A stretch of DNA of 64,000 bases from Eukaryota sp. TZLM1-RC. Taxonomy: Eukaryota; Protista; Metamonada: BaSk clade. The translations under genes were made by a program, and so were the position numbers. Below, one piece after another: positions 1 to 11,269 of the stretch. Location of the stretch: positions 3,038,001-3,102,000 of the forward strand of contig JAUPSS010000001.1 of NCBI GenBank assembly GCA_040285825.1, in the 5' to 3' direction. The notes beneath the pieces are model-generated. The model was not told the origin of the DNA. It saw only the letters and a program-made list of their open reading frames with translations, and ran no database searches. Position 1 is the first letter of the stretch, and every line of letters starts with the position of its first letter.

Positions 1-1647
1 CGTCTAATTAGCGGAATACACTAAACGAGCAGCAGAATTTTTGCAAACGTCAATTGAGACAACATCTACAACATTGAGAACACCATCGATCCCTGGAGCT
101 ACTAAATCTGCCCTTCTTTTACCAAAGGAATCATCAGTTTGATCTAAAGACAGCTTACGTACTAATGGCTCAATAAATGCCTCTATATTGAGCCTTTTGC
201 ACATGGCATATAATTGATCACGAACTGAGTCATGAACAATTGAGCGATAAGTTACAAAATACTTACAGTTTAAAATATGGGAAAGCCTAACAACACACTC
301 TTGCAGCGACAAATTAAATCATTTGGTAAAGAACAAGGCCATAGAAAACATCTCATTCTCATTGCAGTGGTCAATTGGTGATCATTAAGTAGAAGGCCAT
401 AAATGTTGGGAATTTGGGAGATTAGGCAACTTGAGCAACTGTCTTCAAGGTCAATCAAAAAGTTTGCAAAAACGGGATTTTTTCTCTTAAGCCAAGACGT
501 ACAATATAATCCAAGTTTTCTAAAACTTTCAAGATTTTTTTCTGCAATTTTGCAAAAGTCAGTGGTAAGGAGAGCAAGCTTCTTGAAGGAAGTTCCACAT
601 TATCAGAGGGGAAACACTTGGCCCAAATATTGGGTGAAAGAGTTTCAATTTCCTGTTGCAAAGAAATAAGATAAGAGCTGCCACAATTTTCAATAAGATG
701 CATTTTTTCAGGAAAACGATACACAAATTCATAAATAAAATTCTTTCCACCTCCAATAAAGGCAGCTTTACAAAGGTGGCTTGATTTATGAAAATCAACA
801 CCTCCAAAATTTGTACCACAAAAAATGCGACTTCGTAAAAATATTGAAGATATTGAGTTCTTTTTTAATGTTTTGTTAGCGTTGAAAAGTGGCTTCGTAA
901 CTGAGATGCATCGATTTCCAATAATTTTGCTAAAAAATTGGTTCTTTGTTCATTAAAAATGCGACAAAACTCCAAAGAAATTGATGGTGATGTTGATCTC
1001 AAAATATGAGTAAATTTTCGAGAATAACAGATTTTTAGGAAAAAGAATTTCAAATGTTTCTCAATATTTAATTTTTCTATTGATTCTAATTCATTTCCAA
1101 ATTGAGTCAACAGAGTCGAAAGTTGGCCTTTGACTTCATCAATATTTCCGAGATAACAACCCAAAAAACGAAAACCAGACTGATCATAATTGATAAAGGG
1201 GACATTGACATCATTAATGAAAAAATCAATTGGTTCATGGCCAATAATCAAACATTTGGAGATATTCAATGAGAGACCAATATCTTCATTACGCTGTTGA
1301 ATAAAAGTTGCTAATTGTTTGAGAATTGTAATAAGAGCAATTACAGAAATGTCATCCATATATGCTACAACATCTATTTCTGGGAATTTTTCTTTTAATT
1401 CGCACATTAATGGATGAATTGCCAGACAAAAGAAAAAAGGACCAAGTGGATCACCTTGTTTAACACCTGAAGACGAAAGCAGGACAAAGTTTTCATAGAC
1501 CAATGTGGATGATTTTCGATAAAATGAATGGAAAAAAGGCTCAATTTCAGGAAAATGCTTTCGCAGCAAAGTTAAAATGGAAGAACGAGATACAGAATTG
1601 AAAGCATTCTTAAAATCTAAATTGAAGATGTAATTAGAATCACTAAG
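1..1647 (-). mobile_element. CRE-like non-LTR retrotransposon, 5'-truncated and frameshifted (RT, zinc-knuckle region, RLE endonuclease); runs off the window edge
   Basis: Minus-strand ORF pieces give LDFKNAFNSVSR, SGVKQGDPLGP and AYMDD (RT); CRC..HILNCK..HDSVRD (CCHC-type region); KRRADLV..VVDV (PD-(D/E)xK RLE). These are spread over several frames. Confidence 0.9.
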
Positions 1648-1711
1648 TGAAATTCACAGTACATCAAATCTCCAGTCACTTTCCATTATACTATCTCTTT
1701 ACATAGTATAA

Positions 1712-2467
1712 ATGAACTGTGAAGTGTGTTGTGGATCATTTCAAAGGGAATCGAGGATGCCTCTAGTCATATGCAAGACTGGACACAATGTGTGTAGTGA
1801 ATGTGATCCTCAACTACCTTCTTGTCCATTTTGCAGGGATGACCGACTACCATCTACCATCCGCAACTTGGCTTTGATGAATGCAATAGAGGAGCTTAGT
1901 GCTAAATTCAATTCACATAACAATCAACAACAAAATCAAAAGATGAAACAAGAAATATCAATCAAGTCGTTGGTAAACGGTGTTTTCTTCACCATTATCA
2001 GGATATTCATCCTCTTCTGTGTTATACGGGCGTTTGTATCTTCGTTTTCCACTGAAAAAAATGTTTCAGTGGATGAAGCGTGGGATTCTATGGACAACCA
2101 ACACTTGGACTGTGATACTAGACTCAAAAATGCGTTACACCAGATACATTACTATTCCAAATTGGAGAACAACTCAATCTGCAGGATATTGAAATCACTA
2201 TCTGATATTCTATTTTCCGTAATACGTCAATTCTATAATGGTCTGCATTTTCTAGCGCGTCTTGTGCTTCGTTCTGCGGGTTTTCTTTTGACGACAGTGA
2301 AGACGTTTGCCCCAATGTTTATTAAGTTCCTCTGTCATTCAATTTTCCTGGTGATTGCGAAGATTGGAAAGTTGATTCTTACAATAATGCTCTACTTTGT
2401 GGAACGCCTACATCGTTGGCTTGACAGTGCACATGAATACGTAGGAAATGATGCTGGGGAGTTGTAG
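1712..2467 (+). CDS. N-terminal RING-finger protein with hydrophobic (putative TM) segments
   Basis: CEVC-x14-CKTGHNVCSEC-x6-CPFC RING pattern; hydrophobic stretches near aa 90-112 and 200-230. Confidence 0.75.
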   Translation: MNCEVCCGSFQRESRMPLVICKTGHNVCSECDPQLPSCPFCRDDRLPSTIRNLALMNAIEELSAKFNSHNNQQQNQKMKQEISIKSLVNGVFFTIIRIFILFCVIRAFVSSFSTEKNVSVDEAWDSMDNQHLDCDTRLKNALHQIHYYSKLENNSICRILKSLSDILFSVIRQFYNGLHFLARLVLRSAGFLLTTVKTFAPMFIKFLCHSIFLVIAKIGKLILTIMLYFVERLHRWLDSAHEYVGNDAGEL

Positions 2468-3462
2468 GGATGACCATTTTGTGGTTTGTAAATAATTTTT
2501 TTAAATCATTTTACTGAATTTTTCATTTCAAGAGATTGAAATTTGTATAGAATTTACTATTAACGCGCGATATTAACAGGGTGTATGTTCATTTACGGCT
2601 GTAGATATTTAGTATATGACCAAAACCATTCACTTTGATTAGATCAATACATTAGCATAAAAAACCATTTAATACAAGAATTGTACCACATTTTGTTGTG
2701 AACAAATTATGGTTTGATACATTTGCTTTCCTTGAATGGATCTTGATCCAGACCCACATTAATTAGTTCCTTTTTTCTTACTGCTTATGCATTAATTTGT
2801 TTGCATCAATCAATCCCTCAAGGTGTTATTTTCCTTATTCTTTTTTGTTTTACTATTTCTTGAACGTTTTTTTTGAAAAAGGTGATTCCAGTCAATTTTT
2901 TTTGGTTGATTTGGGAAATGAAGATGAGTTTTTAAGTTGGTTGTTTAGTTGTCATTGGAATAATTAAATCCTTTTTGGAAAATGTTTAAAAAGTTATGTG
3001 AAGGAAAGTGACTTTACAAGCTACACTAGTCTCATTTCAGTAATTGAACATATGTGATCCGTAGAAACTGATGAAATAGGAGCAGAAGACAGGCCGAGGT
3101 AAAAAGTTGTTCATGTATCCTGATTGCAGCGTCAACATTTCATTATTTCGATTAAAAAGTCTGCAAATGTGATAGTTTTCCAGACCAACATTTTCATACA
3201 CGCACACCAATAAGTTTGAGGTTTATCTTTGTTGTGTAGTTTTCAAATTTACTCAACCCTCTAAAGTTACACACGATTTATGTCGTCTCAAAGTGTGCAA
3301 TTGGAAAAGTTTGCATTCATAGAGGTGGCAATTATAGAGGGTTAACTGTATAAAGAAAGTTGAAAAAAGAAAAATACAAACCAATAACCAGCTGATGATA
3401 CCCTACAATTTATTATACAAATGATCTAATAACATTAAATAATCTAATAGCATTAAATAAAA

Positions 3463-5940
3463 CTAATCAGAACTCCTATAATGGTCACGCAGTAGTTCAG
3501 ATTTTCGCTGAGCAATTAAATTCTCAACCAATTTTTGCTGGCTTGTGTGTGAACTAAAATTATAACCAAAAGAACTTCCTTTTCGTGAAGTAGCTGGTGA
3601 TAACGCTCTCCTTCTCAGGACTTCGTTTGACTCGGTCTCAGGTTTTCTGGTATCATTTGATTGAAGTGCCACAACAGCAGCATTCACCAGTTTACGTAAT
3701 ACCTCAACTTGAGCTGCAGCGCCCTGAGTATCAGAATTAGACAGTAAAAGGGCAACATTATCAACTAAAACACGTATTTTCATTTCCATTATTGTTTTTA
3801 ATGCTTCTCTTTCCTTTGAAATTTTCGAAAGATAGGGTGACTGACTGCCTTGATCTTCAGAAACAGTGAAATTCACCTCAACTGATTGATTTTTCTTTTC
3901 AACAGGATTCTCATTGACTTTTTTGATTGAAGGAACGGTAATTTCAGAGTTATTTTCAGTTTCATACAGCTCAACCTTCTTCTTTAAAAGTCCATTTTCT
4001 TGCTTTAAATCGGCAATAACATCTTTCAGCTCTGCCACTTTATCTTGAACTTCGGATTTAACCAAGTCTTCTAAATTTGATTGTAAAAGGGTGTTTAGGT
4101 TACTGACTTCGGCTTTTAACGACTCGTTCTCTTTGTACAAATTCGCATTAGCATCTATATTTGGAATTTCACCACTATCTGACTGTCCTTTCAGCTCCAT
4201 TAGCATTTTTTGAGTGGAGATGACTTCAACCATTTTCTCATCAAATTGTTCCTCTAATTCCAACTGTTTTCCTTGGTATTTCTCGAGCTCTTCCTCTAAT
4301 AACAAGATAGTTTCGTCTCTTTCGTTCAGACGGGCGGTTAGAGCAATCATAATGTCTCGTTGTTTTAGCAATAGTTGCTTATACTGTCCAATTTGGTCTT
4401 TATCTGCTTGTAGAGATTGTCGTTCCTTGTCAAGTTCAGCTAACTTACTCTCATAAAATCTCTGCAAGTCCTTTGACTCGCCTTGACCAGCTTGACCACG
4501 CTTGACTTCTCCACCATGGCCTAGGAGCTGGCTCTGCATGGTTGAAATCTTTTCTTCTAGCTTCTTTTTTTCTTGTTTCTCTAGCAAAAATTCTCTTGAT
4601 CTCGATTCTAATGCAACCAAAGCAGCAAGCTTATCTTCTTCAGCTCTTCTCTTCTGCTCCTCAAGTTCTAGCACCTTACGTTTATCCACAATATTCTGTG
4701 ATCTGGTGGCCAATTGAGATCTTAACTTAGCAAGCTCTCTTTCGTATTTTCTCAACAAAGCCTTTTGATCCAAGTCTTCATTAATACAAGCATCATTTTG
4801 AATATTTTTCGCCCTATTCGCAAACTTTAACGTGCTCAAACTTTCATTAAATGACTCCAAAGCAGGAGAGATCATGGCCATCATGACTGTCCTGCAGTTT
4901 CCTCCCAGAGAATCTTCTAAAACTCTAGTAAGTTTGGAGTCGCGATAGGGAATATGGCTTCTTGTCTTTGTTTGGTCTGTGAGCGCAGCAATGACATTTC
5001 CCAAAGCGGAAAGTGATTGATTGATCTTTTTTGATTCATCCAATCGTCTGCCAGTCGCCCTTGTCAATCGAACTCTTTCCGAACCAGCTAAATCAACCAA
5101 GTTAAGCTTGCCGATTCTAAAACATTGTTCCCGCGAACCACTACTGTTAAGATTACCGTCCTCAAGTTCTTCCAATTGCTCAACAATAATCATAAAGATG
5201 GCGTGGGACCGTGAACTGACCTCATTCATTCTGGTTGAGGCAGTGGCTCGAAAGTGACTTCCCCTCTCCATTAGACCGTAAATCTCGGCTGGGGTACGAA
5301 CAACCCACTCTGAAAGACCCTCAACATACACTCCCTTCTTCCTATCTTCCCGAATAGAGAGGTTGCTCTTATCAGGAGAGAGAAGATCTGAGATTACTTC
5401 ATTGTAGATTTGAAGATAGCTTGCTCTAATTAAAAACTTCATGTTGGGAGATCTGCAGTTTTTGATAAAGGAAAAAATCTCTTGTATGGATCTTGGTATA
5501 ATACCCCTCGACTGCTCTCCCAAACCTTCCATGGTGAAGGTCTTACCTGTTCCAGTCTGTCCGTAGGCAATGATGGAAGCGTTGTAGCCAAGAAGAGTGG
5601 AGAGGACAGCAGTTTTGGCAGTGGTTTCGTAAACATCAGATTGGGAAGCATTTTGGTCATAAACATGGTCAAAAGTGAAGGTGTGGGTTGAGTATATGCC
5701 AGAAGGGCTACCGTTTTCGGAGTCTCCAGAGAGGTTTTCAGAAATGGTGATCATTCTGCTGTTTCTGTCAACCTTGACTACAGGACGATAAGGACGTCCA
5801 TTGGATCCAGCGAGTTCACGGTCTAGTGGAGGACGAAGACGGATGACAACAGCAAAGTTAGAGGTTGAGACATCTTGGAGAACACGGCGTAAAGACTCTA
5901 TATCACCACGTTCAACTATAGAACGTAGATCGTCAGACAT
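3463..5940 (-). CDS. N-terminal motor kinesin (kinesin-2-like) with coiled-coil stalk
   Basis: GQTGTGKT P-loop, NEVSSRSHA switch I, LVDLAGSER switch II, HIPYRDSKLT. Confidence 0.95.
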   Translation of the reverse strand: MSDDLRSIVERGDIESLRRVLQDVSTSNFAVVIRLRPPLDRELAGSNGRPYRPVVKVDRNSRMITISENLSGDSENGSPSGIYSTHTFTFDHVYDQNASQSDVYETTAKTAVLSTLLGYNASIIAYGQTGTGKTFTMEGLGEQSRGIIPRSIQEIFSFIKNCRSPNMKFLIRASYLQIYNEVISDLLSPDKSNLSIREDRKKGVYVEGLSEWVVRTPAEIYGLMERGSHFRATASTRMNEVSSRSHAIFMIIVEQLEELEDGNLNSSGSREQCFRIGKLNLVDLAGSERVRLTRATGRRLDESKKINQSLSALGNVIAALTDQTKTRSHIPYRDSKLTRVLEDSLGGNCRTVMMAMISPALESFNESLSTLKFANRAKNIQNDACINEDLDQKALLRKYERELAKLRSQLATRSQNIVDKRKVLELEEQKRRAEEDKLAALVALESRSREFLLEKQEKKKLEEKISTMQSQLLGHGGEVKRGQAGQGESKDLQRFYESKLAELDKERQSLQADKDQIGQYKQLLLKQRDIMIALTARLNERDETILLLEEELEKYQGKQLELEEQFDEKMVEVISTQKMLMELKGQSDSGEIPNIDANANLYKENESLKAEVSNLNTLLQSNLEDLVKSEVQDKVAELKDVIADLKQENGLLKKKVELYETENNSEITVPSIKKVNENPVEKKNQSVEVNFTVSEDQGSQSPYLSKISKEREALKTIMEMKIRVLVDNVALLLSNSDTQGAAAQVEVLRKLVNAAVVALQSNDTRKPETESNEVLRRRALSPATSRKGSSFGYNFSSHTSQQKLVENLIAQRKSELLRDHYRSSD

Positions 5941-6017
5941 CCTCTAGAAGTACAAAAATGTCAAAGAGTAGTAGCTTGTTGAAATTCAACGTTAAGTTTT
6001 TTCAACACTGAATACTG

Positions 6018-6092
6018 CTGTAATCATTCAAATACAAACCGCATAATTTCAGGAACTGTATTTAGGTCCGGGTTATTTTTGGATGATTACAG
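6018..6092. repeat. Short inverted repeat (hairpin or MITE remnant)
   Basis: ctgtaatcattcaaa (6018-6032) vs tttggatgattacag (6078-6092): 14/15 complementary. Confidence 0.5.
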
Positions 6093-6426
6093 TATTTGAA
6101 ATACTTTTACACCATCTTGTCTTTATATTTGAAATTAACTTTTGGGGTGCTTCTGGAATAAACTCTTCTTTCCATATTCTTACTATGTCTCACTATTTGA
6201 AATAGTATGGAAGCTCAGATGCACAGATTCAAGAAAAGCTACTTTGATGCGGTTAAGATGATCAAAAAGACACAGCTTTATACAGAAATTTTTTTAAACT
6301 TTTTTTATACAGAAATAGAAAAATTTGTTCACACAAAAGAAAAAAATAATGTGACCAGGATAAATTGAAACAAAAGTGACAAAAAGATTAAATACAAAAT
6401 ACAAAATACAAAAGAAAAGTAAGCAC

Positions 6427-7086
6427 TTAGCCTCGAACAATACTTATAAATAAATTTCTGATTTTAATCACAAAGACACTTAGACTATTGGTGTAATTTA
6501 AATCTTCTACCAATTGATTTTGATCTTCAAGTGATATTTTTGGATTTGAATCAATCATTCTATATTGATTATTAATAATGGCTAATTTGAAAAAGAACTG
6601 TCTAGAGGGTGAAATTCTATCAATGTACACAAAGTTGACTTGAAGTACCCCACCTGACTTTTCAAACCATATTCCCAGGTGTTTTCTGTAAAAATCTGGC
6701 CCTTTTCGCAGATGCGATATAAGATGCTGAGTCTTGGCTTCCTCTTCCATGATGAACTTCGCACGTGCATCAAGATCAACCTCTACAGAAGAGAGTCTTT
6801 GTTCCAGGTCATTGACTTGAGATTTCAGGGTAGAGTTGGTAGAAGAGAAATTGATGATGCGGTCTTCTAAAGATTGAATTCTTCGACGATCCTCTGAAGC
6901 CTTTGATTGAAGTTGTTGTATCTGCTTTTGTAGGTCAGCTTTCTTCTGAGAGAGAGAATCTTGGGTTGATCGTAGAGAAGCTAAAACCTCGCTATGTTCA
7001 TCAACGTGTTGTTTGACTTGGGATGATATAGACTCACAAAACTGAGTAACCTTCTCTTCAAAGCCTTTTAGATCTATGGAAATCAT
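6427..7086 (-). CDS. SPC25: Kinetochore Ndc80-complex subunit Spc25
   Basis: Coiled coil followed by an RWD-like head: FYRKHLGIWFEK..LQVNFVYIDRISPSRQFFFKL..N..SLSVFVIKIRNLF. Confidence 0.85.
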   Translation of the reverse strand: MISIDLKGFEEKVTQFCESISSQVKQHVDEHSEVLASLRSTQDSLSQKKADLQKQIQQLQSKASEDRRRIQSLEDRIINFSSTNSTLKSQVNDLEQRLSSVEVDLDARAKFIMEEEAKTQHLISHLRKGPDFYRKHLGIWFEKSGGVLQVNFVYIDRISPSRQFFFKLAIINNQYRMIDSNPKISLEDQNQLVEDLNYTNSLSVFVIKIRNLFISIVRG

Positions 7087-7170
7087 AATGGAAGATTGAT
7101 TTGAATGAAGGATTCAACAGGGATAACTAAAGTGATAAAACACTTTAGTCACTTTAGTTTACTTATTTTC

Positions 7171-7230
7171 AATGTTGTAGATGTTGTCTCAGTTGATGTT
7201 TGCAAAAATTCTGCTGCTCGTTTAGTGTAG
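7171..7230 (+). mobile_element. Tiny CRE-like RLE fragment
   Basis: Encodes NVVDVVSVDVCKNSAARLV, near-identical to the element near positions 20-75. Confidence 0.85.
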
Positions 7231-8640
7231 TATAAATACAATAAATATTTCAGTTATAAAAAAACATTACTTAAAGTATATAAAGTATTTTAATTCCATA
7301 CTTTGGACCACTTTAATAATCCCTGTGATTCAATTTTGTTCCGTACAAAACCATCAGACTGAATGCAAAATTGATCAAACTGATGTATTAAATTTTATTG
7401 AACAAAATATTGTCAATACAGTCAAACAATAGGAATTAAATGGAATAACTTGATGTGAGCAACAAGTTGAGCAATAAGGTTACTATTTATGGATAGAGTT
7501 ATTTTCTCACAAGGTTTCTGTGTTGGCAAATTTTCTTTATCGGATGTCCAGACAATTTCATTCTGCTCAAAATGATTTTTCAACAACAGCTTCTGATGTT
7601 TCTAGCTCAATGTGAGCACCAAAAGGTTAATTACCACAACACACAAATGTTGTTTATGGTTACCTCAATTGAAATACATTTAACAGAAGGTAATCCTTGA
7701 CTCATCAGAAGATATGCACAACAAAACAAAACGAGGACCAAGCAATATCGAAGACCATTGAAATGTAAAAATGAAAAATGTGGATAACCCACAAATAATG
7801 GTATAGCTGTTCGAATGATATGACTGTAGAGGCCGAAAAGAAATCATAGACTGCAATGTTGTTCAACAAGAACTAATTTTGCTCATATTGCGTCTTTTGT
7901 GCTTGGTCAAAATATTTTCCTGACGTACACGGAATGGGATGATACTAATGTTGGTTACCAAGTAAAAATTTCCAACAACATTGATTTTGTTCAATGACTG
8001 AAGATACTATTCACATGTTTCTTTCGTAAACTGATCAAATTTATGACAGAAAATTTTTGCAAAATTTTGACAGCAAGTGGATCACCAATCAAGTGATCTG
8101 TACGTTAATGATTCTTATTTTCTGCTTTAATTCATAAACAGTTATGTATCCAAAAAGGAAATGGTGCATTTGAGTAAATTGTGGAGCACACAACACAGTT
8201 GCTATTGAATCAATCAAATTAATAAATTAATTATTAAAATGTTCTGGAAATATACTACTATTATTTTATTGCGTTTGTTTTAGTTTTCTTCAAACTTTCC
8301 ATTGATTCATTTATAACGGGGGATAAAATTTTCAAATTATCATGATCTCAAAAGACCAGAATTGTCAAAAACGATAAAACTGCAAAGTACAAAGATCAAG
8401 GTCATATAGTGACTTAATCTGGTATTTTGCAAACACTGCATTTAATTTCCAAAACCAATGTCTGTATCTATTTGCTACAAGCATGGAGGAAGAATTTTTC
8501 AAATATATTGTTATTTGTAGCTCTAGTTTTTCTTTCTACATTGTTTATCTGAATTTTTGATCCACAATTGGTGACATTTATAACAAAATTTTTTGTAAGG
8601 CAATCTGAATTATAAGTGAAAACTGAAATACTAAGCATAT

Positions 8641-9207
8641 ATGACAGATGATGCTGCTCTACCATACAAACTCTACACCGAAGCACCTCCTTCTGGTCCA
8701 GTAGAGGATGCTGAAGACTACCTTGGTCGAGTTCGTTGGGAAAGTGCACATCTTCCTGAGTCCGTCTCCATCAGGCTGAGTTCACCCACAGATATTCCTT
8801 CTTTTGCCACCCCTTCTTCCTTAACACTACCTCATACGCTTCCAACTTCTGATGATTTCAAAGATGTGATCATTCAACAATTTACATCCATTCACAATCC
8901 ATCATCATGTAATGCTAATTCTCCACAATTGTCTTGGGACACTATAGATGATCACTTTCCTATCGAGATTCAGATTTCCACCAACAATGTTTATGATTTG
9001 CTAGAGTCGGTGGATCTCACTGCCGGAAAGAGAAGATTTCTATGGGTTTATTTTTTGCTTTCAAAGCTGGATAGTTTGGTTAATGCTGATCAACAGTATG
9101 TTCTGACACAGTTGTTTAGGAAATGTTGCGCATTTGAGTCTGGGAATGAAGCTGTGCAGGCTTTAATTATCATGCTTATTTTGAAATATTTCTTCAAAAT
9201 AATTTGA
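8641..9207 (+). CDS. GEMIN2: Gemin2/SIP1 (SMN complex, snRNP assembly)
   Basis: P..AEDYLGRVRWESAHLP at the N-terminus; WVYFLLSKLD..LTQLFRKC..LIIMLILKYF at the C-terminus. Confidence 0.8.
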   Translation: MTDDAALPYKLYTEAPPSGPVEDAEDYLGRVRWESAHLPESVSIRLSSPTDIPSFATPSSLTLPHTLPTSDDFKDVIIQQFTSIHNPSSCNANSPQLSWDTIDDHFPIEIQISTNNVYDLLESVDLTAGKRRFLWVYFLLSKLDSLVNADQQYVLTQLFRKCCAFESGNEAVQALIIMLILKYFFKII

Positions 9208-11269
9208 GTATTTGTTGCTTTTGAGTGCAGGTTTGCTTACTTCGTATTCTACAATTGCTGTTATTTGTATCCTGCGCTAAGATTGAGTCTTATAGTGTTT
9301 CTCACATTGTATTTATGTGATTAGAATGTACATCAATGTTCAATGCCATACATAATAATGGTAATATATACAATAAAAGAGGATTAAACATCTTTTTACA
9401 ATTAGGAGGATGAAAATGGGAGTTTCAGGACATTTTGTAGGCTAACGGTACCATTTTTCAAGGAAACAATGCATGTTTCCTTCTTTGTTTCAACCAAAGT
9501 AAAGCACCACTTGTTTCACTCAAATAGCACAATCAATTGGTAAAGGATTACGATTTTCCATATTGCAATTTAGACAAATAAAGCGTCAGGGTGAATTAAT
9601 AACAAAGTCTCTAATGATATAACAACAAATACAAGCAACAAACATTAAATTAGACAACTTTTTCAGAAAATGATAGCAATTGTTTTGATATTCTTTTATA
9701 TTTTGCAAAAATTTGGAAATATCAATTTCATTTTGGTCTGACGAATTTGTGAAATAGAGTCTTTGTTGAAAATAATGTTTTTCCAGTTATCTCCATTTAA
9801 CTTCTGAAGAATTATTGAGATAACTGAATGAAAAAAAGGGGAAGAGGTCTTTGATACTATGTGGAAATTAGCAATCAATTTGAAAATGTAATTGGCATGT
9901 CAGACATCATTTCGATCAGCGAAATTTTTTGACACTTCACATTCTTGTATTGCACTATTTTGAGTCATAATGTGGGTGCTGTTGAATCAGTCATGGGTTC
10001 AGTTAATTCGGATATGGGATGTTTTTCTTGTTTCTGTTGTGTTTTGAATTATTATTATTATTATGTTTTTGAATTTGTTAATTTATGTGGTTTAGGTACT
10101 TGCACTATAGATATGGGATGTTTTGTCTCTAATTGTTATTCTGATATTTAGTTTGATGATTATGTTTATAATTAAAGCCAGTAGTTTCCAACACCTTAGC
10201 GATGTTGAAACAAATTTTGGTTCCAATTAGAGAAGATCCAATTTTATATCAACTTCTTTATCAAAAAGATTTAGACAAGAGACTTTTGACCAACACGCCA
10301 AAGCGTCATCGAAAAAACAGCCAAAATCACTAAAGTGAAAACTTTGTATTGATACAAGGTTGAATATCGAGAACAGGAAAATTTTAACAAAGAAACAATT
10401 TAAATCAAGTCTGGTTAAAATATTTGAACCAACTCTTAGTGGTTTCAAGCCTAATCCTTTATTCAATTCAAATCAATGACAACAAATTAAAATCTTCCCA
10501 CTGTTATGTGCTGTGATCTTGAAACCTATCAGGATGGTCATCTTTACAAAAATCATGATGGCCAACTTCTCCCTCCTGTTGAGATCATCAATAAAAGAAA
10601 AAAGATGGTGCAAATTTTTTGAAAAGAAGAACTGATGAGCAAATGGATGAGTGGATTTATATGAGCTCAAAAAATATTTATAACTTCAAATGTTGTTGGA
10701 CGGTTTGGACGCAATAATTTCTTTTTGGAAAGTAGATAGTCACTTATATTGACATTGAGTCTTCAAATTACCAGAATTTCGAACATTTATATGGATATTC
10801 AGGCAGACATATTCTCCGAGGAAAACACCTTGCTTCGTAGGTTCTTAAACAAAATTGGTGATCATCAACGTCATCGTTTTTTTAATCACAATTTGATGCA
10901 GTTTGATGTACTGGTTTTACAAACAAGATTAAAATATTTTGATTTAGCATTTCCCACTGTTCCAGATGAAACAGCAATTAATGCACTCAATCGACTTTCA
11001 CCAAGATGAAGAGAAGTTGTCATCAGAGAAAATGGCTTTTATATTTTAGACACACTGGTTTTTGCCAAAAAATTCACCCAAATTCAATATGTTTGTAGTT
11101 TAAAAATCTAGCTGAGAGAATGATGAGTGAAAAGAAAATGAAATCTCACCAGGAATTTATCAATATTTTACATGTTGATTGTTTAGTCACTACTTCACTA
11201 AGAAAAAAATATTTGATCCAATATAGGCTTCATGTTTGTGTACTCTCGAATTTTTTGTATTTTTTTCAA

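Noticed and set aside
4214-5691. Antisense ORFs inside kinesin (and similar ones inside other long genes)
   Set aside because: These are shadow ORFs of the coding strand.
7126-7158. Hairpin actaaagtg/cactttagt with a duplicated arm
   Set aside because: It is only 9 bp and lies at a TE-fragment junction; probably a repair scar with no supportable function.
10500-10540. CCDLETY as a PolB/DEDD exonuclease motif (Polinton or virus)
   Set aside because: It is a single short motif with no other polymerase motifs nearby.
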